DNA of 64,000 nucleotides from Lachnospiraceae bacterium (GTDB lineage Bacteria; Bacillota; Clostridia; Lachnospirales; Lachnospiraceae): NCBI GenBank assembly GCA_017550535.1, contig JAFZOS010000042.1, positions 50,248 to 114,247 of the forward strand, read 5' to 3'. Shown piece by piece: positions 56,957 to 64,000 of this stretch (position 1 is its first letter; each line of letters starts with the position of its first letter). The notes under the pieces were generated by a model. It saw only the letters and a program-made list of their open reading frames with translations, ran no database searches and was not told where the DNA came from. The position numbers and the translations under genes were made by a program.

Positions 56957-58657
56957 ATGACAGCATTATTAATCATTTTGGCTGCTATCGCATGTCTGAT
57001 CGTGGGCTACATATTCTACGGTTCATGGCTGGCAAAGCAGTGGGGTATTGACCCATCAAGAAAGACTCCCGCTATCGAGAAGGAAGACGGTGTTGACTAT
57101 GTTGCCGCACCTCCTGCAGTCCTTATGGGACATCATTTCTCGTCTATCGCGGGCGCAGGCCCTATCAACGGACCTATTCAGGCTTCTGTATTCGGATGGT
57201 TTCCTGTTTTCCTGTGGTGTGTACTCGGAGGCATCTTCTTCGGCGGTTTACAGGACTTCGGTTCTCTGTTCGCTTCCGTACGCCATGACGGCAAGTCACT
57301 TGGCGAGATCATCCATGACACAATGGGCAAAAGGGCAAAGAGGCTTTTCCTTATCTTTGCGCTGCTGGTGCTCATCCTTGTTATCGCATCGTTTGTTAAC
57401 GTTGTTGCGGGAACCTTCTTCACTGAGGAAGGCGGCTTTGGTGTTACCGGAGCTCCTACCAACAATCAGACAACGGCGATGATCTCACTTCTGTTCATCG
57501 TGCTTGCCATTGTATACGGATATGTTACAAACAAGATGAACATCAAAACTCTTCCGGCATCTATCGCCGGCATCATCGGTATCGTTATCATCACGATCAT
57601 CGGTCTTAAGGCCGGTTTTGTTATGGGACGTACCGCATGGATCGTGTTCATCGGTATTTATATAGTTATCGCTTCGCTGGTTCCCGTTTGGATCCTGCTG
57701 CAGCCTCGTGATTATCTGTCAAGTTTCCTTCTTTATGCGATGATGGGTATTGCCGTTATCGGTATAGTTTCAAATGCGTTTACCGGAAATGCACAGTTTA
57801 CCCTTCCTGCAGTTACGGATTGGAAGACGAGCATAGGAACCATGTTCCCGGCTCTGTTCATAACGGTTGCCTGCGGTGCCTGCTCAGGTTTCCACAGCCT
57901 TATATCTACCGGAACATCCAGTAAGCAGTTAAGGAGCGAGAAGGATGCAAAGGCTATCGGTTACGGCTCAATGCTTATCGAGTCAGCACTCGGCATCATT
58001 TCTCTTATTGCTGTAGGTATGGTATTCCAGAAATATACAGACGGCGGATTCGGTTCACCTTCGGCAGCGTTCGGCGGCGGTATCGCGATAATGTTCGGAA
58101 GCGAAGGTTCGGGCACATACAATACGATATCGGCACTCCTTACACTTGCCGTTTCTGTATTCGCTCTTACATCACTTGATACAGGTACAAGGCTTTCAAG
58201 GTTCATGTTCTCAGAACTTTTCCTTGCTGAAGATGAGGCTACCTGGAAGGATGCAAAGGGAGTCCGCAAGCTGTTTGCACATCCTCTGTTCGGAACGATC
58301 TTCATGGTTGTTATAGGCTGCGTTCTCGGAGGACTTAAGCTGTCAGCCATCTGGGCACTTTTCGGAGCTGCAAACCAGCTGCTTGCGGGTATCGCACTCC
58401 TTGCTGTATGCGCATGGCTCGGTGAAGTAGGAAAGAACAATAAGATGTTCTTCTTCCCTATGTGCTTCATGCTCGTAGCTACACTTACCTCTTTGGTACT
58501 TACCATCTTTAAGAAGTTCGGTGCCATCGGTTCGGGTGAGGCTGTATGGGGTGATTACTTCCAGCTTGTATTTGCACTTGCAATGGCTGTTTTAGCGGTT
58601 ATTCTCGTTGTAGAAGGCGTTCAGACTTTCAAGAAGCAGGCAGCAAAGAAAGCTTAA
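56957..58657 (+). CDS. cstA: Carbon starvation protein A family transporter (peptide/pyruvate uptake)
   Basis: 566 aa with about 16 TMs. Motifs PAVLMGHHFSSIAGAGPINGPI and CGACSGFHSL. AAGGAGAGAGG RBS. Confidence 0.92.
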   Translation: MTALLIILAAIACLIVGYIFYGSWLAKQWGIDPSRKTPAIEKEDGVDYVAAPPAVLMGHHFSSIAGAGPINGPIQASVFGWFPVFLWCVLGGIFFGGLQDFGSLFASVRHDGKSLGEIIHDTMGKRAKRLFLIFALLVLILVIASFVNVVAGTFFTEEGGFGVTGAPTNNQTTAMISLLFIVLAIVYGYVTNKMNIKTLPASIAGIIGIVIITIIGLKAGFVMGRTAWIVFIGIYIVIASLVPVWILLQPRDYLSSFLLYAMMGIAVIGIVSNAFTGNAQFTLPAVTDWKTSIGTMFPALFITVACGACSGFHSLISTGTSSKQLRSEKDAKAIGYGSMLIESALGIISLIAVGMVFQKYTDGGFGSPSAAFGGGIAIMFGSEGSGTYNTISALLTLAVSVFALTSLDTGTRLSRFMFSELFLAEDEATWKDAKGVRKLFAHPLFGTIFMVVIGCVLGGLKLSAIWALFGAANQLLAGIALLAVCAWLGEVGKNNKMFFFPMCFMLVATLTSLVLTIFKKFGAIGSGEAVWGDYFQLVFALAMAVLAVILVVEGVQTFKKQAAKKA

Positions 58658-58676
58658 TAAGTTAACATAATATTCA

Positions 58677-58739
58677 GGACACGGGGACGGTTCTTTCGTC
58701 CCGCTAAAAACGCGGGACGAAAGAACCGTCCCCGTGTCC
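58677..58739. repeat. Perfect 28-bp inverted repeat (63-nt GC-rich palindromic element)
   Basis: GGACACGGGGACGGTTCTTTCGTCCCGC-taaaaac-GCGGGACGAAAGAACCGTCCCCGTGTCC. It begins 20 nt after the cstA stop and has no U-tract on either side. Confidence 0.9.
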
Positions 58740-58761
58740 CACTTCCAAAAGGAAATCTTGA

Positions 58762-59676
58762 ATGGATCATAAAACAAACAAAATCCCGCAAAGGGTCATT
58801 GATCTTAGGAATGAATGGAAAGAATGCGACAGTGCGCGTGATGCAGGACTTAAGGAGCCTGAAGATATCGAGATATACAGGGATATATCATATGCCCCCG
58901 GTGACTCGCCGGCAGAGGAGCCTTACAACCTGCTCGACCTTTATATCCCAAAAGACAGTGAAAACAGGCCGGATTCAGGCTGGCCTGTCCTTGTAAGTAT
59001 CCACGGCGGCGGATATTTTTACGGTGATAAGGAGATATACCGTTTTTACTGCATGCATCTTGCGCAGCTTGGTTTTGCAGTAGTTAATTTCAACTACCGG
59101 CTTGCACCGGAGTATCTGTTTCCTGCACCGCTTGAGGATACCATGGCTGTCCTTGACTGGATTTATGTAAACCATAATAAATACGGGCTTGATATGGAAA
59201 ATGTGTTTATGACGGGTGATTCTGCCGGTGCACAGATTTTAAGTCATGTTGCCTGCATCATGACAAACAGGGAATTTGCCGGGCTGTTCGATTTTAATGT
59301 ACCGGAGGGGATGAAGTTAAAGGCGATATCACTTGCATGCGGGTTTTATGCATTTTCCGGCAAGGAAGAACTTGATGAGTTTATAAGTGATTATCTCGGC
59401 GATCCTGTGATGTTTAACGATGCGCGGACCGATGTGATCGGTCATATAACGGCGGATTTCCCGCCGACATTCATATTTTCATCATACTGCGATTATCTGT
59501 TTGATGCCTGCGAGCCTATGGCGGAGCTTTTAAGATCGCGCGGTGTGAATACTCTAAGCCGAATATACGGTTCGCCCGACAGGGCGGATATAGGCCACGT
59601 TTTCCATCTTGACTTACGCCTTCCCGAAGGAATACGGGCAAACAATGACCAGGCAGCGTTTTTTAAGTCGTTTTAG
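58762..59676 (+). CDS. Alpha/beta hydrolase, HSL-family esterase/lipase
   Basis: Oxyanion motif HGGGYFYGD and nucleophile elbow GDSAGA. Confidence 0.85.
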   Translation: MDHKTNKIPQRVIDLRNEWKECDSARDAGLKEPEDIEIYRDISYAPGDSPAEEPYNLLDLYIPKDSENRPDSGWPVLVSIHGGGYFYGDKEIYRFYCMHLAQLGFAVVNFNYRLAPEYLFPAPLEDTMAVLDWIYVNHNKYGLDMENVFMTGDSAGAQILSHVACIMTNREFAGLFDFNVPEGMKLKAISLACGFYAFSGKEELDEFISDYLGDPVMFNDARTDVIGHITADFPPTFIFSSYCDYLFDACEPMAELLRSRGVNTLSRIYGSPDRADIGHVFHLDLRLPEGIRANNDQAAFFKSF

Positions 59677-59685
59677 GATGATGTT

Positions 59686-60642
59686 ATGACCGGATATGAA
59701 GAGCTTATAAACAATTTTATAAGTGAACCTGTAAATGGTATAAGTGAGCTTGCGGGAGGTCATATAAACGCAAGCTTTCTTGTTGATGCTTCGGAAAAGT
59801 ACGTTCTCCAGCGGCTTAATAAGAATTTATACGGGGGGCATCTTAAGGAACTTGAGCACAATTATCTGCAATACAGCTCTGCCTGCAGGGAGTCTGGGAA
59901 TTATGTGGGTAAGTGGTATTGCCCCGTATGGCTCCGCAGCCGTAACGGGAGTTTTTTTCATACAGACAATGCCGGAAATATATGGAGAGTTTACAGATAT
60001 ATGCCGTCGGATCCTGTGCCCGTGATGTCTTCTCGGGACGGTGCATTCGGCATTGGCAGGAGTCTTGGTAAGCTTCACAGGATACTTGGTAAATGTACGG
60101 ATATCAAAACGATCGAAACGACAAAGCATTTACATGATCTTGAATATCATTATGGGAAATTCCGTATGCAGGATAGTTCAAAGACGGAACGCGTTGAGGA
60201 ACTTGATCATATTATTTCATCAAAGATAGACAGCATGCTGCATATCACTGTGCCGGCCGGGAAAACGATACATGGCGATGCTAAGGTAAGCAACATGATC
60301 TTTGAAGATGGAGAGGCAGTCGGTTTTATCGATCTTGATACCATTATGACGGGGTCTGTTTTTGACGATATCGCAGATTGCTTAAGGTCGTGCCGTGCTT
60401 ATGAAGACGGAGCGTCAGAAGCAGAAATCATCACATGGTTTAATATGGGATATGAAGAAGGTGCCGGAATTGTGTTTTCAAAAGATGAAGCAGAGCTGGC
60501 GCTTCAAAATGTATCCAGAAACCGGTTTGTGCTGGGTATCCGTTATTATACCGATTATTTGTCATCTGAAGGTTATTTTACTGAGGAGTATCCCGGGCAG
60601 AGCCTTGAAAAAGCGCGGCGTCTGCTGAGCATGGAACGTTAA
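59686..60642 (+). CDS. Aminoglycoside/choline-kinase-family phosphotransferase (substrate unknown)
   Basis: Catalytic loop HGDAKVSNMIF and Mg site IDLDT, with an N-terminal nucleotide-binding lobe (GGHINASFLV). Confidence 0.78.
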   Translation: MTGYEELINNFISEPVNGISELAGGHINASFLVDASEKYVLQRLNKNLYGGHLKELEHNYLQYSSACRESGNYVGKWYCPVWLRSRNGSFFHTDNAGNIWRVYRYMPSDPVPVMSSRDGAFGIGRSLGKLHRILGKCTDIKTIETTKHLHDLEYHYGKFRMQDSSKTERVEELDHIISSKIDSMLHITVPAGKTIHGDAKVSNMIFEDGEAVGFIDLDTIMTGSVFDDIADCLRSCRAYEDGASEAEIITWFNMGYEEGAGIVFSKDEAELALQNVSRNRFVLGIRYYTDYLSSEGYFTEEYPGQSLEKARRLLSMER

Positions 60643-60678
60643 AGGGGAGCCGGCAGATATGTATGCTGACTCCCCTTT
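60641..60678. terminator. Probable bidirectional terminator
   Basis: AAAGGGGAG...CTCCCCTTT hairpin between the convergent kinase and lipoprotein genes. Confidence 0.5.
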
Positions 60679-60699
60679 ATCATCTTTATCCGGTTGGTA

Positions 60700-61758
60700 T
60701 TATTCTGCTGATTCTGCAGCGCCTTCCGATTCTGCAGCTCCTTCCGACTCTTCTGATTCTTCAGAATCACCCGCATCTTTCGAAACCTCAGATACTTCGG
60801 GAACATCGGGAAGTTCCTCCGGCATCTTCTCAAATAAGCAGCTGAGCCCCAGTGATTTAATGTCATATGTTACAGGCTCGACTTCCTTATCACCGAGAGC
60901 TTCATGGAGAATATTATAATCATATGTAAGTGTTATAGTACCGCTGTTTTCCTCGAAGCCTATGAAATGGAAATCGCCGTCTTCACCAAATTCATATGTA
61001 CCGCTGCCATAGAGCTTTATGTCATCGTCGATCAGGGCATACTGCTTGAAGGTCTTATCCGTAAACATGATCCAGAAAGCATCAAGATGATAAGTAACGC
61101 CGTCTTTAACATACATCAGCTGATTGTCATCGGCCCAGATGGCTTCAACTTCCTTTCCTTCATCACCGGGTCCGTAAAGCGATTCAAAACCGAGTGAGCC
61201 GATCTCGTTTTCGAATGTATTATCATAGTCAACAAGACCGGGCTTTCCGTTAAGTGCTTTCTTTTTACGTGTAAACACTATGGTACCGTCTTCTTCATCG
61301 CCGATGATAAAATCACCGCCATCCTTGAATGAATAAGTACCGGTGCTGTATATTTCGTATCCCTGAGGACTTTCGGCATACTGATCAAATGTATTGTCCG
61401 AATAGAAGATCCAAATGGTATCTATCTTAAGAGCATTGTCTTCATCACCTTCCGGTGCCTTGGGCAGATCAAGCTGCTGTGCCTTTCCGTCAGCAAAAAC
61501 CGCAACCACGTCAACGCCGTCTTTCACTTGAAGCGGCAGGGGCTGCTCGCCATCCTCCGCGGGAACATCGGCCTCAGTGGTTTCCCCGGCATCCGTTCCG
61601 CCCAGGGCATCAAGGTCCGCACCCTCGAGTAACTCATTTACAGGTACTCCGTCCAGAGCTACCACACCGGTTTCCGGATCAACGGATACGTTTGTAGAGC
61701 ATCCGGTTGAGAATACCATTAATCCCGCCAAAACAGCTGCGATTATCCTTTTCCTCAT
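60700..61758 (-). CDS. Secreted lipoprotein with internal duplication and acidic C-terminal tail
   Basis: Signal peptide plus lipobox MRKRIIAAVLAGLMVFSTGC. There are two homologous ~110-aa modules (IWIFYSDNTFDQYAE..YSTGTYSFKDGGDF / FWIMFTDKTFKQYAL..YGSGTYEFGEDGDF). The tail is SEESEESEGAAESEGAAESAE. AGGAGG RBS. Confidence 0.75.
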   Translation of the reverse strand: MRKRIIAAVLAGLMVFSTGCSTNVSVDPETGVVALDGVPVNELLEGADLDALGGTDAGETTEADVPAEDGEQPLPLQVKDGVDVVAVFADGKAQQLDLPKAPEGDEDNALKIDTIWIFYSDNTFDQYAESPQGYEIYSTGTYSFKDGGDFIIGDEEDGTIVFTRKKKALNGKPGLVDYDNTFENEIGSLGFESLYGPGDEGKEVEAIWADDNQLMYVKDGVTYHLDAFWIMFTDKTFKQYALIDDDIKLYGSGTYEFGEDGDFHFIGFEENSGTITLTYDYNILHEALGDKEVEPVTYDIKSLGLSCLFEKMPEELPDVPEVSEVSKDAGDSEESEESEGAAESEGAAESAE

Positions 61759-61769
61759 ATACACACCTC

Positions 61770-62150
61770 CTATTCTTCTTTTTCATCTTCCTCAGTCGCG
61801 AATTCCTCGAATTCGAAATCCTCGGTTTCCTTATCGTTATCCTTTACAAGGCCTACGCCTTCGGCGGCTTCCTGTGCCTTTTCCTTGATCTCGGCAGCGG
61901 CTTCGCTTAATTTCCCGAGGATGACATCCTTGGCTTCAACAGCCTTATCCTTAAGCTCGCCGGCGGCTTCCTTGATCTCATCGGTATTTAATGACACATA
62001 TTCCCTTTCGGGTTTCTTTTCAAAGAAATCACTGGAACCGTTATCATCAAGGATCTCTTCCTTTTTGTCGCCGAGTACATAATAAACTGCCGCGCATGCG
62101 GCGCCTGCTACAGCCGTGAAGGCTAAAAATTTACCAAATTTACCTGCCAT
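61770..62150 (-). CDS. YtxH-like small membrane-anchored stress protein
   Basis: N-terminal TM (FLAFTAVAGAACAAVYYVL) followed by a K/E/A-rich helical region. Confidence 0.5.
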   Translation of the reverse strand: MAGKFGKFLAFTAVAGAACAAVYYVLGDKKEEILDDNGSSDFFEKKPEREYVSLNTDEIKEAAGELKDKAVEAKDVILGKLSEAAAEIKEKAQEAAEGVGLVKDNDKETEDFEFEEFATEEDEKEE

Positions 62151-62326
62151 ATGAAACCCCTTTCATACAAAAATATTTGTAATAATTATAATTCAAAATC
62201 ATACCGCTAACAAGTATTTTTAAAGTCCTTGGAGAAGTCCGGCAATTGCCCTGATGCTTTGAAGTGGGTTTAAACTGTGGTATAATCAAAAAGATTTAGT
62301 TGATTGGAATTACCGGGTATTATCAT

Positions 62327-63409
62327 ATGTTTGGACGCAGATCATATATTTTGATAATTTCCTTTGTTATGGCGGCCTTTATTCTTGCGGGCTGTAAGAA
62401 GGATAAAAAAACGGAGATAGTCCTGACCACCGACTTTGAGGAAGGCGAGGTGTTCAGGATAGATAAGATGTCGTGCTATGTGCCCGAGGTCATGGTGTAC
62501 CTTGTTAACAGCGAAAATAAATATGACGAGATATTCGGTGCGAAGATCTGGCAGATCCCGATAGAAGGCACAACTCTTGAAAACAAATATAAGGATACGA
62601 TACTTGCTCGCCTTGCACAGATAAAGGTCATGAACCTTATGGCAAAGGATATGGAAGTAAAGCTCACACCGGATGATGAACTCAGGGTTAAGTCGGCAGC
62701 CCGTGATTATTATGCATCGTTAAATGATGAGGAGAAGAGGGTGATGGGTGTCGACGAGGAGATCATATATAACCTCTATCATGAGTTTGCCACTGCGGAT
62801 AAGCTTTATCATGACATTACGGATAAGATAACGCCCGAGATAAGCGATGATCAGGCAAGGATAGTTACGGTGAGGGATATCCTTGTCAAAACATATAAAC
62901 CTTCGGTGGCGGGCAGCGTTTCCTACAATGCTGCGGAGAGGGCCGAGGCATACGACCGCATCTCCGATATAAAAAGGCGTCTGGACGAGGGTACCGATTT
63001 TGATGTCATAGCCGAAAGCACCGAAAACGAAGACAGCAAGATACAGTACAGCTTCGGAAGGGGAGTTATGCCCGAGGCTTATGAGGAAGCGGCATTCAAC
63101 CTTGTGGTCGGTGAAGTGAGCGATATAGTGGAAACTAAGTACGGCTTCCATATATTAAAGTGCGTTACCGCTTACGATCCGGAGGAGGCCGACAAGAACC
63201 GTGAATCCATAGTTAAGGTGAAAAAGCAGGAAGCCTTCAACAATATATATGACGGATACATAAGCGAACTGAATTCCCATCTTAATGCCGATCTGTGGGA
63301 CAGTGTGGCCTATTTCAAGACGGACGATATATCGACTACGAGCTTCTTTGACGTATACGATACCTATTTCGTTCCGGTCACGGGCGCATCATACGGGATA
63401 CAGCAGTAA
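62327..63409 (+). CDS. prsA: PrsA-like lipoprotein peptidyl-prolyl isomerase (parvulin type)
   Basis: Lipobox FILAGC after MFGRRSYILIISFVMAA. Rotamase motif FGRGVMPEAYEEAAFNLVVGEVSDIVETKYGFHILKC. An upstream TGgTATAAT lies at ~62277..62285. Confidence 0.82.
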   Translation: MFGRRSYILIISFVMAAFILAGCKKDKKTEIVLTTDFEEGEVFRIDKMSCYVPEVMVYLVNSENKYDEIFGAKIWQIPIEGTTLENKYKDTILARLAQIKVMNLMAKDMEVKLTPDDELRVKSAARDYYASLNDEEKRVMGVDEEIIYNLYHEFATADKLYHDITDKITPEISDDQARIVTVRDILVKTYKPSVAGSVSYNAAERAEAYDRISDIKRRLDEGTDFDVIAESTENEDSKIQYSFGRGVMPEAYEEAAFNLVVGEVSDIVETKYGFHILKCVTAYDPEEADKNRESIVKVKKQEAFNNIYDGYISELNSHLNADLWDSVAYFKTDDISTTSFFDVYDTYFVPVTGASYGIQQ

Positions 63410-63438
63410 AAAGAGAATTTAAGGAAGAATCACGATTA

Positions 63439-63465
63439 CTAGCACTCATGCAAAATGAGTGCTAA
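63439..63465. promoter_or_regulatory. CIRCE operator (HrcA site), 17/18 arm positions match consensus
   Basis: CTAGCACTC-atgcaaaat-GAGTGCTAA, 7 nt upstream of the htpG -35 box. Confidence 0.85.
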
Positions 63466-63472
63466 TTTTTTC

Positions 63473-63501
63473 TTGACTTTTGATTTTTTGGCATTTAAAA
63501 T
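63473..63501 (+). promoter_or_regulatory. Sigma-A promoter of htpG
   Basis: TTGACT (63473..63478) - 17 nt - TAAAAT (63496..63501). Confidence 0.65.
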
Positions 63502-63597
63502 GTATTTTGAAAAGATTCCGAGCGGCGGCACAACGCCGGTCCCTTTAGGGAAGCGAGGAATCTTTGATATAGTATATACAGAAAGAAGGTAGGAAAA

Positions 63598-64000
63598 ATG
63601 GCAGTTAAAAAGGGTAATCTATCAATAAATAATGAAAATATCTTTACCATAATCAAAAAGTGGGTATATTCGGATCACGACATATTTGTACGTGAGATGA
63701 TCTCAAACGGCTGCGATGCGATCACAAAGCTTAAGAAGCTTGATATGATCGGGGAGTATACATATCCGGATGATTTTGAAAACAGGATAAAGGTCATAGT
63801 CGATCCCGAAAACAAAACGATGAAGTTCATCGATACCGGTATAGGTATGGATGCAGATGAGGTTGAGGAGTATATCACTCAGATAGCTTTTTCGGGCGCT
63901 GCTGACTTTATCGAGAAATACAAGGACAAGGCAACTGATGATCAGATCATAGGACATTTCGGACTGGGATTCTACTCCGCTTTCATGGTTTCGGATTCGG
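63598..64000 (+). CDS. htpG: Molecular chaperone HtpG (Hsp90), N-terminal part; gene runs off the window end
   Basis: My own translation is MAVKKGNLSINNENIFTIIKKWVYSDHDIFVREMISNGCDAITKL...IDTGIGM...GHFGLGFYSAFMVSDS. This is the GHKL ATPase domain of Hsp90. GAAGGTAGG RBS. Confidence 0.92.
   Translation, partial: MAVKKGNLSINNENIFTIIKKWVYSDHDIFVREMISNGCDAITKLKKLDMIGEYTYPDDFENRIKVIVDPENKTMKFIDTGIGMDADEVEEYITQIAFSGAADFIEKYKDKATDDQIIGHFGLGFYSAFMVSDS

Noticed and set aside
60659-60919. Ser/Asp-rich + strand ORFs (60659..60919 and 60663..60845)
   Set aside because: They are antisense images of the acidic repeat tail of the minus-strand lipoprotein gene and begin within the terminator.

Overview
This 64-kb window looks like core chromosome of a Firmicutes/Clostridia-type (Lachnospiraceae-like) bacterium. 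Supporting signs are GGAGG-type RBSs, CIRCE operators, a SigI/RsgI pair, an ECF S-component and a PrsA-type lipoprotein. I call about 57 protein genes, mostly on the + strand and often joined by ATGA/TAATG overlaps. Recognisable housekeeping genes are guaB, an RsmB/F-family rRNA methyltransferase, rarA, deoC, a carD-family gene, clpB, glgX, valS, glnS, mscL, cstA, a prsA-like PPIase and the 5' part of htpG. Accessory content includes three c-di-GMP enzymes (PAS-GGDEF-EAL, sensor-HAMP-GGDEF, HK-REC-GGDEF), two TetR regulators and an ArsR/SmtB regulator followed by two zinc-ribbon proteins and an ABC-2 transporter. It also includes a GH2 beta-mannosidase, a DUF2201/VWA + MoxR-type AAA pair followed by a GT-C-like membrane protein and an LRR protein, a GNAT + CbxX/SpoVK-type AAA+ pair, sigI-rsgI, a PurF-like protein and several hypothetical genes. 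I found no rRNA, tRNA, CRISPR array, transposase, integrase or phage genes. The best candidate for something unannotated is a compact Fst/par-like type I toxin-antitoxin module between the HK-REC-GGDEF gene and valS (42449..42743). It consists of a 30-codon hydrophobic peptide ORF with its own promoter, a convergent orphan near-consensus promoter giving a ~65-nt RNA, a shared hairpin terminator, and a 22-nt direct repeat that makes the small RNA complementary to the peptide's translation initiation region. Other points worth a second look are listed here. (1) Perfect or near-perfect CIRCE operators sit on clpB and htpG. (2) A histidine-kinase module lacks its phospho-acceptor His. (3) glgX is sandwiched between diguanylate cyclases. 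(4) A PurF homologue lacks the N-terminal nucleophile Cys. (5) MscL carries a C-terminal zinc ribbon. (6) A TetR regulator has a ~340-aa acidic tail. (7) Three structured non-coding regions occur at 8207..8369, 10311..10527 and 50371..50600. (8) A perfect 28-bp palindrome follows cstA. All functional calls come from reading the supplied translations and the DNA by eye; no database search was run.
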